Source of the DNA: an uncultured bacterium
GTDB lineage: Bacteria > Oederibacteriota > Oederibacteriia > Oederibacteriales > Oederibacteriaceae
NCBI GenBank assembly: GCA_965112635.1
Contig: OZ218778.1
Location: 1,248,001 to 1,312,000, forward strand
DNA length: 64,000 nucleotides
Direction: 5' to 3'
Of this stretch, positions 18,934 through 29,265 are shown in pieces; position 1 is the stretch's first letter, and every line of letters begins with the position of its first letter. Position numbers and translations under genes: made by a program. Below the pieces are notes generated by a model that ran no database searches, was not told the origin of the DNA, and saw only the letters and a list, made by a program, of their open reading frames with translations.

Positions 18934-20411
18934 TCAAGCCCGGGTGGCAGGAATTCCAGCAAAAGGCTAAAAAAGGCAACCTCATCCCGGTTTACCGGGA
19001 GATCCTGGCTGACCTGGAAACCCCTGTTTCCGCCTTTTTAAAGATAGAGGACGGCGAAAACTCCTTTTTACTGGAGAGCGTGGAGGGGTCCGAGCTCGTG
19101 GGCCGGTATTCCATTTTGGGGACCAACCCCTTGTTCGTGGTGTCCTGCAAGGACCAGAAAGTCACCTTCCAATACCACGGCAAGGTCCAGGAGGGCAGCG
19201 CGTCCACGGATCCCCTGGAACTGATCAAAAAGCTTTTGGCCGTTTACAAGCCGGTGCTGGACGAAGACCTGCCTCCTTTTATCGGCGGGGCCGTCGGGTA
19301 CCTGGCCTATGACGCGGTCCGCTATTTCGAGAAACTGCCCTATACCAAGGCCAAGGACGACCGGGAACTGCCGGACTGCCTCTTTATGGTCGCGGACACG
19401 GTGCTGATCTTCGACCACTTTAAGCACATGGTCCTGGCGGTCGCCAATGCCTACATCACGGACAAGGAAGGGCCCCGGGAAGCCTACGACAAGGCCTGCG
19501 AGAAGATAGACTTTCTGGTGGAGCAGCTCAAAAAACCCCTGAAGATCGCCAAGGCCAAGCCGGCCAAGTCCAAGGCCATCTCCTTGAGCCCGGATTTTGA
19601 GAAGCAAGGGTTCATCGAAGCCGTGGAAAAGATCAAAGAGCACATCCGGGCGGGCGACATCATCCAGGCCGTCCTGTCCCAGCGGCTCCAGGGCAAGATG
19701 ATGGTGGACCCTTTCACCGTGTACCGGGTCCTGAGGACCATCAACCCGTCCCCCTACATGTTCTACCTGCAGTTCGGGGACCTGCAGCTGGTGGGGTCCT
19801 CGCCGGAGATGCTGGTGAGGGTCAAGGGAACGCACGTGGAAACCCGGCCCATTGCCGGGACCCGGCCGCGCGGGAGGGACAGCGAAGAGGACGCCAACCT
19901 GATGAACGAACTCATCACGGATTCCAAGGAAAGGGCCGAGCACCTGATGCTGGTGGACCTGAGCCGCAACGACCTGGGACGGGTCTGCGACTACGGCACG
20001 GTGGAGGTCAGGGACCTCATGCGCGTGGAAAAGTTCTCCCATGTCATGCACCTGGTCACGGAAGTGCACGGGACTTTAAAGCAGGGGCACGACGTGTATG
20101 ACTGCCTGAGGTCCTGCTTCCCGGCCGGCACGGTCTCCGGGGCGCCCAAGATACGGGCCATGGAGATCATCGAAGAGCTGGAACCTTTTTATCGCGGGCC
20201 TTACGCGGGGGCCGTGGGTTATTTCGGGTTCCAGGGCAACATGGACACCTGCATCGCCCTGAGGACCCTGGTCATCCACAAGGAAGTGGCTTATGTCCAG
20301 GCCGGGGCGGGCATTGTCGCGGATTCCCATCCTGAACTGGAATACGAAGAAAGCATGAATAAATCCAAAGCCCTGGTCAAAGCCATTTCCCTGGCTTCCG
20401 AGGGACTATAG
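18930..20411 (+). CDS. trpE: Anthranilate synthase component I
   Basis: LLESVEG (Trp feedback site), [28 protein letters not shown] and [10 protein letters not shown]. Overlaps the hisI stop (ATGA). Confidence 0.95.
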   Translation: MIKPGWQEFQQKAKKGNLIPVYREILADLETPVSAFLKIEDGENSFLLESVEGSELVGRYSILGTNPLFVVSCKDQKVTFQYHGKVQEGSASTDPLELIKKLLAVYKPVLDEDLPPFIGGAVGYLAYDAVRYFEKLPYTKAKDDRELPDCLFMVADTVLIFDHFKHMVLAVANAYITDKEGPREAYDKACEKIDFLVEQLKKPLKIAKAKPAKSKAISLSPDFEKQGFIEAVEKIKEHIRAGDIIQAVLSQRLQGKMMVDPFTVYRVLRTINPSPYMFYLQFGDLQLVGSSPEMLVRVKGTHVETRPIAGTRPRGRDSEEDANLMNELITDSKERAEHLMLVDLSRNDLGRVCDYGTVEVRDLMRVEKFSHVMHLVTEVHGTLKQGHDVYDCLRSCFPAGTVSGAPKIRAMEIIEELEPFYRGPYAGAVGYFGFQGNMDTCIALRTLVIHKEVAYVQAGAGIVADSHPELEYEESMNKSKALVKAISLASEGL

Positions 20412-20423
20412 GTAAGAGGAGGG

Positions 20424-23360
20424 TTGATGATGAACAGAAAGGCCGTTATTATAACGCTTTTACTGCTGGCAACCGGGGCTGTCCTGGCGCCCCGCTGGCT
20501 GGCAGCGGAAGATCTGAAGATCGCCATTACGAAGGATAATTCCATTTGCATGGATTCCGGCGAACGGAAATTGAATATGGGAGGTTCTTCCCGTATCAAA
20601 TTAAAAGCGGATGAGAACGCCATCCTGCTGGCCGTGGATACCGCAGCCATGCAGAACAAGCTTTTGACCAAGGCCGTGCTGCATATCCGGGGCACGGACA
20701 CCAATATGATGGTACGCAAAGTGGACTTTTCCACTCTGGCCTGCTCTCCCTGGAGCGAGGGGGTAGGCAACGGAGAGGCGGCCAACCAGGGGGATTCCAC
20801 TTTTTTTACGCCGGAGTTCGGCAGCGACCGTTTATGGGGCGGGCCGGATTCTGATTTTTACGACGTCATCGGCGGCCGCTGCGGGACCATCTGGATGCAG
20901 GCCTATGTCAAGCCCGGGCCGGACATGTGGTACGAGATGGAGATCGACCCGCGCCTTTTGGAAGCCTGCGCGGCCGGATTATCCGGCGGCATCCTGATGC
21001 ATGACGGCAACGGACAGGTCAAAGAAATGAATGGGGCGGTAATGCCCGGCAGCAATTACGGTAATAATTTATTTTATTCCAAAGAGCAGGCCGGCTCAGA
21101 GCCTTATTTTACGGCCGTAGCCCAGCCCGCGGCCAAGGCGGCTGGTGACACGCTGGCCGTGGAGGTCAAACCCTGGCAGGCCGGGGCTGATTTTGAAAAG
21201 GGCGGTGTGGAGATCAGCTGGCCAGGTCCCTTAAGCGACAAAGAGTACAGGTCTATGCTGGGAGCCCGCGTCTATCTCACAAGCGGGAGCAATCCCGAGG
21301 TCCCGGCGCCGCTGTGGACCATGCCGCCTTTGCCCAAGCCGGGCGAGACGGCCCGGTTGCTTTTGTCCGGCCAGGAACCGGGCGCTTCCCTGACGGCGCG
21401 GGTGGAAGTCGTGACCCGGGGCGGCCAGGTGCTGCACCAAGGCAGCGCTTCAGGACAGGTCTCGGACAAGTTCCCTGAGCCGCAGGCCTTGAGCCTGCAG
21501 GCCGTGGCCGGGAAAGCCGGCGACCCGCCGTCCAACTCCAAGGCCAAAGTCTGGGTGGTGCCGGACGGGGTCAAGGTCAATCCTCTGACCGGCAATGTCC
21601 AGGAGGAGGACGGGGTGACTTACGAAGGCGACCCGGCGGGCACTTACCGCCAGGCCAATGCCGTGTGGAGCGGGGGAGGCGCCACCATAAACCTGGCCGG
21701 GCTCAAAGGCGAGTGGGTCGGGTTCCAGATCGTGTGCGAGAACGCGGGTACCGACCCGGTGTCTTACCATATTAAACCGGGCAGCCTGAGCGGGGCCAGC
21801 GGCGTCCTGATCCAGGATGCCAATGTGGGGTTGTCCAGGATGTGGTATATCAAGAACGGGGACAAGGACCAGAGCTGGTACGAGGACCCCATGGTCCCCC
21901 TAAAAAATGACGAGGCTTTTGGCGTTCCCTGGGATAAGAACGCGGTGCCTGGCCAGAAAAACCAGGCTATTTATACGGAATTCTTCATTCCCAAGAGCGC
22001 GGCGCCAGGGGCGTATACCGGCGTCATTCAGGTATTTGCCGGGGACGAAAGCCCGGTGGCTTTGAATGTAAACCTGACGGTGGGTAACGGGGCCATTCCG
22101 GATGAGGCGCATCTGATCCTGTCCATGAACAATTACCAATCTCCGGGGGGAAATTTCGAGGAAAAGGATTTTCTCCAGGGCGAGAGGGCTTTTTACCGCA
22201 TGGCCCACGACCATCGTACGGATATATGCATCGTGCCTTACAGCCACATTGGCAATATCCAGAGGGATTATCAGCTCCCCTTGGCCGGCACGGGCAGTTC
22301 CATGCGTGTCGCTGACTGGTCAGCCTGGGACAAGCGTTTTGGGCCCCTGTTCGACGGGACCGTTTTCAAGGGGTCGCCCCGGGAAAACGCACCCTTGAGC
22401 CATTTTAACCTGATGTTTTCCGAGAACTATCCCACGACCATGGCGCAGGGTTATAAATACAACAACCTGAGCTGGGAAAACTGCTGGAAAGAGAACAATA
22501 CTCCCTGGGAAGATTTCAGCGACACCTTTAAAGCCCAGTGGGTGGCCGTGGCCAAGGACTTTATCAAGCATGTGAAGGAAAAAGGATGGCAGACCTCTTT
22601 TCAGGTATTGCTGAACGACAAGAGCAACTATAAGGCCGCGGACCCTACGACCAAACAGCCGGGAAAAGGCGTGAGTTTTTGGAGGCTGGACGAGCCGGCT
22701 TATACCGATGACTTTCTGACTGTTCAGCTCATCGGCAGACTGTTGAAACAGGCCCAGGAGGGCGACCGCAACCATGTCCTATTCCGCTGCGATGTTTCCT
22801 ATCCGGAACGGGCGTGGACCATGCTGAGCCGGGTTTTGGACCTGGACGTGTGCAGCAACCTCAGCTATCTCCGTTTCCTGCAGGACGACCGCGAGCGTTA
22901 CGGCGTCGGGATCTGGAATTACAGCGGGGCGCCGTCCTGCCAGGAAAGCAACCTGGGCATCAGCGCCATGGCCATGGACCTTTTTGGCCGGAGCGTGGAC
23001 GGGTATGTGCCCTGGAAGGCCATTGGGTCGGATTTCAACTGGAACAAGTTCGACGACTTTACCAGCGTCATTTATACCGGAGGGCGCTGGGGCATCATTG
23101 GGCCCTGCGCTTCCCTGCGGCTTAAGGCTTACCGCCGCGCGGAGCAGGACGTGGAGTACCTGTGGCTTCTGGCCAACAAGAGGGGGCTCCTGAACAACGA
23201 CCCGAACCACAAACAGGTGGCCAGGCTTTTGACCAGTTCCCTGAACCTGCAAAAGACCACGAGCGCCCTGGACAACAACGGGGGCGTGGTCGAGTCGTTT
23301 AAAAGCATAAAGCCCGACCAGCTGGAGAGCCTCAGGCGGGCCATAGCAGGGGCATTGTGA
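20424..23360 (+). CDS. Large secreted protein with putative glycoside hydrolase-like (DUF4091/GH123-like) C-terminus
   Basis: Signal peptide, LDEP motif and C-terminal SLRLKAYRRAEQDVEYL. The family assignment is from recalled motif similarity only. Confidence 0.55.
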   Translation: MMMNRKAVIITLLLLATGAVLAPRWLAAEDLKIAITKDNSICMDSGERKLNMGGSSRIKLKADENAILLAVDTAAMQNKLLTKAVLHIRGTDTNMMVRKVDFSTLACSPWSEGVGNGEAANQGDSTFFTPEFGSDRLWGGPDSDFYDVIGGRCGTIWMQAYVKPGPDMWYEMEIDPRLLEACAAGLSGGILMHDGNGQVKEMNGAVMPGSNYGNNLFYSKEQAGSEPYFTAVAQPAAKAAGDTLAVEVKPWQAGADFEKGGVEISWPGPLSDKEYRSMLGARVYLTSGSNPEVPAPLWTMPPLPKPGETARLLLSGQEPGASLTARVEVVTRGGQVLHQGSASGQVSDKFPEPQALSLQAVAGKAGDPPSNSKAKVWVVPDGVKVNPLTGNVQEEDGVTYEGDPAGTYRQANAVWSGGGATINLAGLKGEWVGFQIVCENAGTDPVSYHIKPGSLSGASGVLIQDANVGLSRMWYIKNGDKDQSWYEDPMVPLKNDEAFGVPWDKNAVPGQKNQAIYTEFFIPKSAAPGAYTGVIQVFAGDESPVALNVNLTVGNGAIPDEAHLILSMNNYQSPGGNFEEKDFLQGERAFYRMAHDHRTDICIVPYSHIGNIQRDYQLPLAGTGSSMRVADWSAWDKRFGPLFDGTVFKGSPRENAPLSHFNLMFSENYPTTMAQGYKYNNLSWENCWKENNTPWEDFSDTFKAQWVAVAKDFIKHVKEKGWQTSFQVLLNDKSNYKAADPTTKQPGKGVSFWRLDEPAYTDDFLTVQLIGRLLKQAQEGDRNHVLFRCDVSYPERAWTMLSRVLDLDVCSNLSYLRFLQDDRERYGVGIWNYSGAPSCQESNLGISAMAMDLFGRSVDGYVPWKAIGSDFNWNKFDDFTSVIYTGGRWGIIGPCASLRLKAYRRAEQDVEYLWLLANKRGLLNNDPNHKQVARLLTSSLNLQKTTSALDNNGGVVESFKSIKPDQLESLRRAIAGAL

Positions 23361-23399
23361 GGATTTGACCGTCAAACTGGAGAGGAGTTCAGCGTCGCT

Positions 23400-24751
23400 T
23401 TGAAGGCCAGGTGTTTCCTAAGCTTGTTTTTGCTTGTTGTTACAGCGCTTTTGTGGCTGCAGGGATGTTCAACCCTTTCCGACCGGGTGTCCTCAGATGA
23501 CGAGTACACCCGATTGCCGGCCCAGAGGGAGTTGCGCGACCTCAAACCCGACCAGGCCAACCAGGTCGTGGAGGGGCTCGTCGCGAGGATGGACCAAAAA
23601 TCAGACCCCCTCAGCCGGGAATGGGCGGCCCAGTCCCTGGGGCTGGTGGGGCCGCAGGCCAAGGCCGCTGTGCCTAGCCTGATCCGGGCCCTGCAGGACG
23701 AGTACTACTATGTCCGGGAAAAGGCCGCGGAGGCTTTGGGCAAGATCAGGAGCGACCAAAAGGCCGTGCCGGCCCTCATCGCCGTTTTGCACGACGAGAA
23801 CGGTATTGTCCGGGACAAGGCCGAGGGTGCCCTGAACATGATCGGACCGCCGGACAAGGGGTCCATCGAGGACCTGGTCAAGCTGCTGACTGACCAGCCG
23901 GACCCCTTTATTCGGGCCAAGGCGGCCGAGTCGCTGGGGAGCATGGGGGAGGACGGACAGCCGGCCACCAAGACCCTGGCCGCGGCCCTGGGGGATAAAG
24001 ACCCCGGCGTGCGGGCCTACAGCGCGGAGGCTCTGGGCAGGATCGGCGAAGGCGCCGAAGAGGCCCTGCCCCAGGTGGTGCAGGCCCTCAAGGACGCCGA
24101 CGACCAGACCAGGAAGAACGCCAGGCTGGCCCTGTCCAGGGTGGTGCTCCGCTGCAACCTGATCCCCGGCATGGTCCCGCCGGAGCTGAGGCTGATGGAA
24201 AAGCGGCTCCAAGACATTTTCAACCGGCAGGTGGGATGGGCCAGCACCAACAAGCAGGTCAAGATCATCGCGGTCATGTGGAAGGGCATGGAGCCCGAAA
24301 TGGCCCAGAGAAAAGTTCCGAAGGTGATGATGGACAAGCTCGACACGGCCCTGCAGGACCTGGGGCAAAAGGCAGGGGCCAAGGACGACGACGGGATGGT
24401 GGGAGCCTTGCAAAGCTCCTGCGAGGCCCTGCTGGACCTGTATGAGCTGTACCAGCCCAGGATGCCCTGCGACTTTAACCGCCTGCTGGTGTACCAGGAG
24501 ATGATCACCCTGGCCCGCTGGGACAGGATCGGGCCCCTGCTGATGCAGGACCGGTGGACCTGGAACAGGGCCAAGCCGTGGCTCATCCAGTGGGGGGAGA
24601 GGGTGAGGCCGGGGAATACGAGAAGTGCCTCAACCGGCAGGAACGGGCCGCAGCGGACAAGGATATCGTCCTTTTGAACAAGGAGTCCCAGAACGGCTGG
24701 GGCCTGGCCAACAAGGTCTATAAATTTATCGCGGAGAGGAAGAAGTCATGA
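23400..24751 (+). CDS. HEAT/PBS-lyase repeat lipoprotein (apparent frameshift in G6 tract at 24592-24597)
   Basis: Lipobox LQGC and repeats of VR.KAAEALG.I...AVPALI..L.D. Adding one G extends the ORF to TGA 24751, which overlaps the trpG ATG. Confidence 0.75.
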
Positions 24752-25317
24752 TCCTGATGATCGACAATTACGATTCATTCACCTACAACCTGGTGCAATA
24801 CCTGGGCGAGCTCAAAGAGGACCTCATCGTCCGGCGTAATGACAAGATAGAGCTGCAGGAGATAGAGAACATCAGGCCGGACCGCATCGTCATCTCGCCG
24901 GGGCCGGGAACCCCCAGCCAGGCAGGCATTTCCTGCGATGTCATAAGGCGTTTCGGGCCGGAGATACCCATTTTGGGGGTCTGCCTGGGACACCAGGCTA
25001 TCGGGCAGGTCTTCGGCGGAGAGGTGGTCAGGGCCGAGCGGCTGATGCACGGCAAGACCTCGCTGGTGCACCACGACGGCAAGAACCTGTTCCGCTACAT
25101 CCGCAACCCGTTCGAGGCCATGCGTTACCACTCCCTGATCGTGAAAAAAGATACCCTGCCCTCGTTCCTGGAGGTCACCGCGTGGACCGACCAGGGTGAG
25201 ATCATGGGTCTCAGGCACAAAACCTTTCCGGTCGAGGGGGTGCAGTTCCATCCGGAATCCATCATGACCAAAGTGGGCAAGGATATCCTGAAAAATTTTC
25301 TGATGCTGGAGCGTTGA
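24748..25317 (+). CDS. trpG: Anthranilate synthase component II (glutamine amidotransferase)
   Basis: IDNYDSFTYNL, SPGPG, GVCLGHQ, RYHSL and QFHPES; lies within the trp cluster. Confidence 0.93.
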   Translation: MILMIDNYDSFTYNLVQYLGELKEDLIVRRNDKIELQEIENIRPDRIVISPGPGTPSQAGISCDVIRRFGPEIPILGVCLGHQAIGQVFGGEVVRAERLMHGKTSLVHHDGKNLFRYIRNPFEAMRYHSLIVKKDTLPSFLEVTAWTDQGEIMGLRHKTFPVEGVQFHPESIMTKVGKDILKNFLMLER

Positions 25318-25345
25318 ACCAGCCGAGCAAGATGAAGGAGGGATC

Positions 25346-26350
25346 GTGATCAAGGAAGCCATCCAAAAATTGATCGAGAAAAAGGACCTGACCGAGGCCG
25401 AGGCCTTGGCCGCCCTGGGCGAGATCATGGACGGCCAGGCGACGCCGGCGCAGATCGGGAGTTTCATCACGGCCCTCAGGATGAAAGGCGAGACCATTCC
25501 CGAGATCATCGGGTGCGTCAAGGCCATGCGGGCCAAGGCCACCCATATCCAGAGCGACGGCGCGGTCCTGGACACCTGCGGGACCGGCGGGGACCGGAAA
25601 GGGACCTTTAACATCTCCACGGCGGCGGCCTTTGTGGCGGCCGGGGCGGGCATCCGCGTGGCCAAGCACGGCAACCGGGCCGTATCCAGCGGATGCGGCA
25701 GCGCGGATGTGCTGGCGGCCCTGGGGGTCAACCTCGAGATGCCCCCGGACAAGGTGGAGCAGGCCCTGAGGGAGATCGGGATCGCTTTTTTGTTCGCGCC
25801 CATGCTGCACTCGGCCATGAAACACGCCATCGGTCCGCGCCGGGAGATCGGCATCCGGACGGTCTTTAACGTCCTGGGGCCCATGACCAACCCGGCCGAG
25901 GCCAGGTACCAGCTCATCGGGGTTTACGACCCCTCCCTGACCGAGGTCATTGCCAGCGTGCTGGGAGAACTGGGGAGCGAACGGGCCTGGGTGGTGCACG
26001 GCGAGGAACTTTTGGACGAGATCTCCATCTCCGGCCGGACCAGGGTCAGTGAGCTCAGGGACGGCAAGGTCAAGACCTTTACCATTGAGCCCAAGGACGC
26101 GGGATTGAAACCGGTACCTTTATCCCTGCTCCTGGGCGGGGACGCGACCCGCAACGCCCAGATTCTGGAGATGGTTTTAAGGGGTGAAAAAGGCCCTCAC
26201 CGCCAGGCGGTCCTCATTAATGCCGGAGCGGCCATTTATGTGACCCTGCCGGGAACCTTTCAGGATGGGGTGGAAATGGCCAGAAAATCCATTGATTCCG
26301 GGGCGGCTATGGCCAAGCTGGAAGCCCTGCGAAAATTTGCCAAGAAATGA
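25346..26350 (+). CDS. trpD: Anthranilate phosphoribosyltransferase
   Basis: DTCGTGGD, FNISTA, KHGNR and RTVFNVLGP. Confidence 0.96.
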   Translation: MIKEAIQKLIEKKDLTEAEALAALGEIMDGQATPAQIGSFITALRMKGETIPEIIGCVKAMRAKATHIQSDGAVLDTCGTGGDRKGTFNISTAAAFVAAGAGIRVAKHGNRAVSSGCGSADVLAALGVNLEMPPDKVEQALREIGIAFLFAPMLHSAMKHAIGPRREIGIRTVFNVLGPMTNPAEARYQLIGVYDPSLTEVIASVLGELGSERAWVVHGEELLDEISISGRTRVSELRDGKVKTFTIEPKDAGLKPVPLSLLLGGDATRNAQILEMVLRGEKGPHRQAVLINAGAAIYVTLPGTFQDGVEMARKSIDSGAAMAKLEALRKFAKK

Positions 26351-26356
26351 CGAGCC

Positions 26357-27766
26357 ATGTTCCTGGAAAAGATAGCCAAACAAAAGAAAAAAGAGGTCAG
26401 GGCCGCTAAAAAACAAAAGCCCCTGGCCCAGCTCCAGGAGGAGGTGCGGCAGGCTCCTCCGGTGCGGCCCTTTTTGGCCGGCCTCAAGAACAGCCCCTAT
26501 TTCCCCCTTATCGCCGAGATAAAAAAAGCTTCGCCTTCCAAAGGCCCCTTAAACCCCAATCTGGACGTCGTCAACCTGGCTAAAACCTACGAGCAGGGAG
26601 GGGCTGCGGCCCTTTCCGTCCTGACCGAGGAGAAATTCTTCGGGGGCAGCCTGGCTGACCTGGCCAACTGCCGGCAGGCGGTCAGCCTGCCTGTCCTGCG
26701 CAAGGACTTTATGGTCGACGCCTACCAGATCTGGGAGTCCCGGGCCGGCGGAGCCGACGCGGTCCTGCTCATCGCCGACCTTTTGGCCCAGGAAGAGCTG
26801 GAGAAGTTCTACAGCCTCAGCCATGAGTTGGGCATGGAGGCTCTGGTGGAGGTCCATGGCAAACTGGACCTCAAAAAGGCCCTGGCCCTCAACCCCGGCC
26901 TGCTGGGCATCAACAACCGCGACCTGAAAACTTTCAAGACCAAGCTAAAAAATTCTTTTCAGCTCATCCCCGAGATCCCGGGGGAGATCTTCACCATCAG
27001 CGAGAGCGGTATCTTTACCTACGACGACCTGATGGCCTTGAAGTCCCGCGGCCTGAAGGGAGCGCTCGTCGGCGAAAGTCTGGTGACCAGCCCTGACCCG
27101 GCCCTAAAACTGGACCAGCTGCTGGGCAAGAGGCCGTCGCCGCTGGCCGACACTTTCCTCATCAAGATCTGCGGCATCACCAGCCTCAAGGACGCCCGAT
27201 TGGCGGTGGAGGCCGGAGCCAACGCCCTGGGGTTCAATTTTTACCCCAGGAGCCCGCGCTACATCACGCCGGAGGCGGCCAGCTCCATCGTCAAGGGCCT
27301 GCCGGGGCACGTGCGCAAAGTCGGGGTGTTCGTGGACGCGCCCGCGCCCGAGGTGCGCTATATCGCCGGCCTTTGCCAGCTGGACACCCTGCAGTTCCAC
27401 GGGCAGGAGAGCGAGACCTATTGCGGGAGCTTTGAGCAGGAAGTCATCAAGGCGTTCAGGGTGAGGGGAGAGAAAGACATCAAGCAGGCTTATACCTATA
27501 CCGCGGACGCGTTCCTGCTGGATAACTTCAGCGAGGAGCTGCCCGGCGGGACGGGCAGGGTCTTTAATTGGACCCTGCTCAAGCAGGCCAGGCGGCCTTT
27601 TATCCTGGCCGGAGGGCTGAACCCGGAGAACATCCGGGAGGCCATCCAGACCTGCCGTCCCAACGGCGTGGACGCGTGCAGCGGGGTCGAGGAAGCACCA
27701 GGCAGGAAAAGCCCAAAAAAATTAGTAAAATTCGTGCAACAGGCCAGGAAAGCACTGAATCATTAA
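26357..27766 (+). CDS. trpCF: Fused indole-3-glycerol-phosphate synthase / phosphoribosylanthranilate isomerase
   Basis: IAEIKKASPSKG, LRKDF, GINNRDL and SESGI, followed in frame by KICGIT, QFHGQE, GGTG and LAGGL. Confidence 0.93.
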   Translation: MFLEKIAKQKKKEVRAAKKQKPLAQLQEEVRQAPPVRPFLAGLKNSPYFPLIAEIKKASPSKGPLNPNLDVVNLAKTYEQGGAAALSVLTEEKFFGGSLADLANCRQAVSLPVLRKDFMVDAYQIWESRAGGADAVLLIADLLAQEELEKFYSLSHELGMEALVEVHGKLDLKKALALNPGLLGINNRDLKTFKTKLKNSFQLIPEIPGEIFTISESGIFTYDDLMALKSRGLKGALVGESLVTSPDPALKLDQLLGKRPSPLADTFLIKICGITSLKDARLAVEAGANALGFNFYPRSPRYITPEAASSIVKGLPGHVRKVGVFVDAPAPEVRYIAGLCQLDTLQFHGQESETYCGSFEQEVIKAFRVRGEKDIKQAYTYTADAFLLDNFSEELPGGTGRVFNWTLLKQARRPFILAGGLNPENIREAIQTCRPNGVDACSGVEEAPGRKSPKKLVKFVQQARKALNH

Positions 27767-27816
27767 AAAAGTTGTCGTTCATGCAATAATTAAACTTAAC
27801 AGGGAGGGTAACAGTC

Positions 27817-28035
27817 ATGGCTGATTTGAAACGGTTCCGGGTGGGGATCGAATGGAAGATGTACGGGTATTGTTACTCGGAGGCCAAGGACGAGAAGGAG
27901 GCGCTTTTGCTGGTGCAGGGTATGCTCAAAGACCCTAAAACCAAGTATCCAGATAATGCTAAATTTGTACCGAACAGCGCCATCATAGACCATCTTTCCA
28001 TCAAGGAAGTCAACAAGGGTGAAGCAAGCCGTTGA
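27817..28035 (+). CDS. Small hypothetical protein (72 aa)
   Basis: SD gggagg and ATG; fills the trpF-trpB gap. Confidence 0.65.
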   Translation: MADLKRFRVGIEWKMYGYCYSEAKDEKEALLLVQGMLKDPKTKYPDNAKFVPNSAIIDHLSIKEVNKGEASR

Positions 28036-28051
28036 GGATGAAAGAGGAAGA

Positions 28052-29263
28052 ATGAGCAGCTTAAAACAAAGACTATTGCCTGACAAAAAAGGGCATTTTG
28101 GGCTTTATGGCGGCAAGTTCGTGCCGGAAACCCTGATGCCGGCCCTGTTGGAACTGGAAAGGGCCTACGAGGCAGCCCAAAAAGACCTCTCCTTTAAAAA
28201 GGAGCTCGGGTTTTACCTCAAACATTACGTGGGCCGGCCGTCGCCCCTTTACCTGGCCAGGCATCTCTCTGTAGCATTGGGCGGGGCGAAGATCTACCTC
28301 AAGCGCGAAGATTTGAACCACACTGGCGCGCACAAGATAAACAACACCCTGGGCCAGGTCCTGCTGGCCCGGAGGATGGGCAAAAAACGGGTCATTGCCG
28401 AGACCGGAGCGGGCCAGCACGGGGTGGCCACGGCCACGGTGGCGGCTCTCTTTGGTATGGAATGCGAGGTCTTTATGGGCGAGGAAGACTGCCAGAGGCA
28501 GGCCCTCAATGTTTACCGCATGCAGCTTTTGGGCGCCAAGGTCACTCCGGTGATCTCGGGCTCCAAAACCCTCAAAGACGCGATGAATGAGACCATCCGC
28601 GACTGGGTGACCAATGTCCGCACCACCTTTTATATCATCGGCTCCACGGCCGGGCCGCATCCCTATCCGATGATGGTCAGGGATTTTCAAAAGGTCATCG
28701 GCGAGGAGTCCAGAAAACAGATCATAGAACTCGAGCGCAGGATGCCGGACCATCTGGTGGCCTGCGTGGGCGGGGGCAGTAATGCCATGGGATTGTTTTA
28801 TCCTTTTCTTGGAACCAAAGCCAGGATGACCGGGGTGGAGGCGGCCGGGCTGGGCCTGTTGAGCGGGAAACACGCGGCCACCATCAGCAAAGGCCGGCCG
28901 GGCATCCTGCACGGCAGCCTGAGCTACCTTTTGCAGGACAAGGACGGCCAGGTGCAGATCGCGCACTCGGTCTCGGCAGGCCTGGATTACCCAGGTGTGG
29001 GTCCGGAGCACAGCTACCTCCATGACATCGGCCGGGTCCAATACACTTCGGCCACAGACAAGGAAGCGGTGGAGGCTTTTCATCTGCTCAACCATACCGA
29101 AGGCATCATGCCGGCTCTGGAAAGCGCTCATGCCTTGGCTTATGTCAAGAAGCTGGCGCCCAGGCTGGCAAAGGACAGGGTCATCATCGTCAACCTGTCC
29201 GGCAGGGGCGACAAGGATATAGAGACGGTCAAGAAATACGGATCCATGGGGAGACATTCATAG
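28052..29263 (+). CDS. trpB: Tryptophan synthase beta chain
   Basis: [43 protein letters not shown] and NLSGRGDKD. Start placed at ATG 28052. Confidence 0.97.
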   Translation: MSSLKQRLLPDKKGHFGLYGGKFVPETLMPALLELERAYEAAQKDLSFKKELGFYLKHYVGRPSPLYLARHLSVALGGAKIYLKREDLNHTGAHKINNTLGQVLLARRMGKKRVIAETGAGQHGVATATVAALFGMECEVFMGEEDCQRQALNVYRMQLLGAKVTPVISGSKTLKDAMNETIRDWVTNVRTTFYIIGSTAGPHPYPMMVRDFQKVIGEESRKQIIELERRMPDHLVACVGGGSNAMGLFYPFLGTKARMTGVEAAGLGLLSGKHAATISKGRPGILHGSLSYLLQDKDGQVQIAHSVSAGLDYPGVGPEHSYLHDIGRVQYTSATDKEAVEAFHLLNHTEGIMPALESAHALAYVKKLAPRLAKDRVIIVNLSGRGDKDIETVKKYGSMGRHS

Positions 29264-29265
29264 CC

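Noticed and set aside
26357-27766. trpC-trpF fusion as a novelty
   Set aside because: TrpCF fusions are well known (for example in E. coli), so it is annotated only as a feature.
28073-29257. Long antisense ORFs (also 19068-20069, 24775-25917, 34341-35732, 36317-37255)
   Set aside because: They lie opposite well-supported genes, have no motifs, and are expected from GC-rich codon bias.
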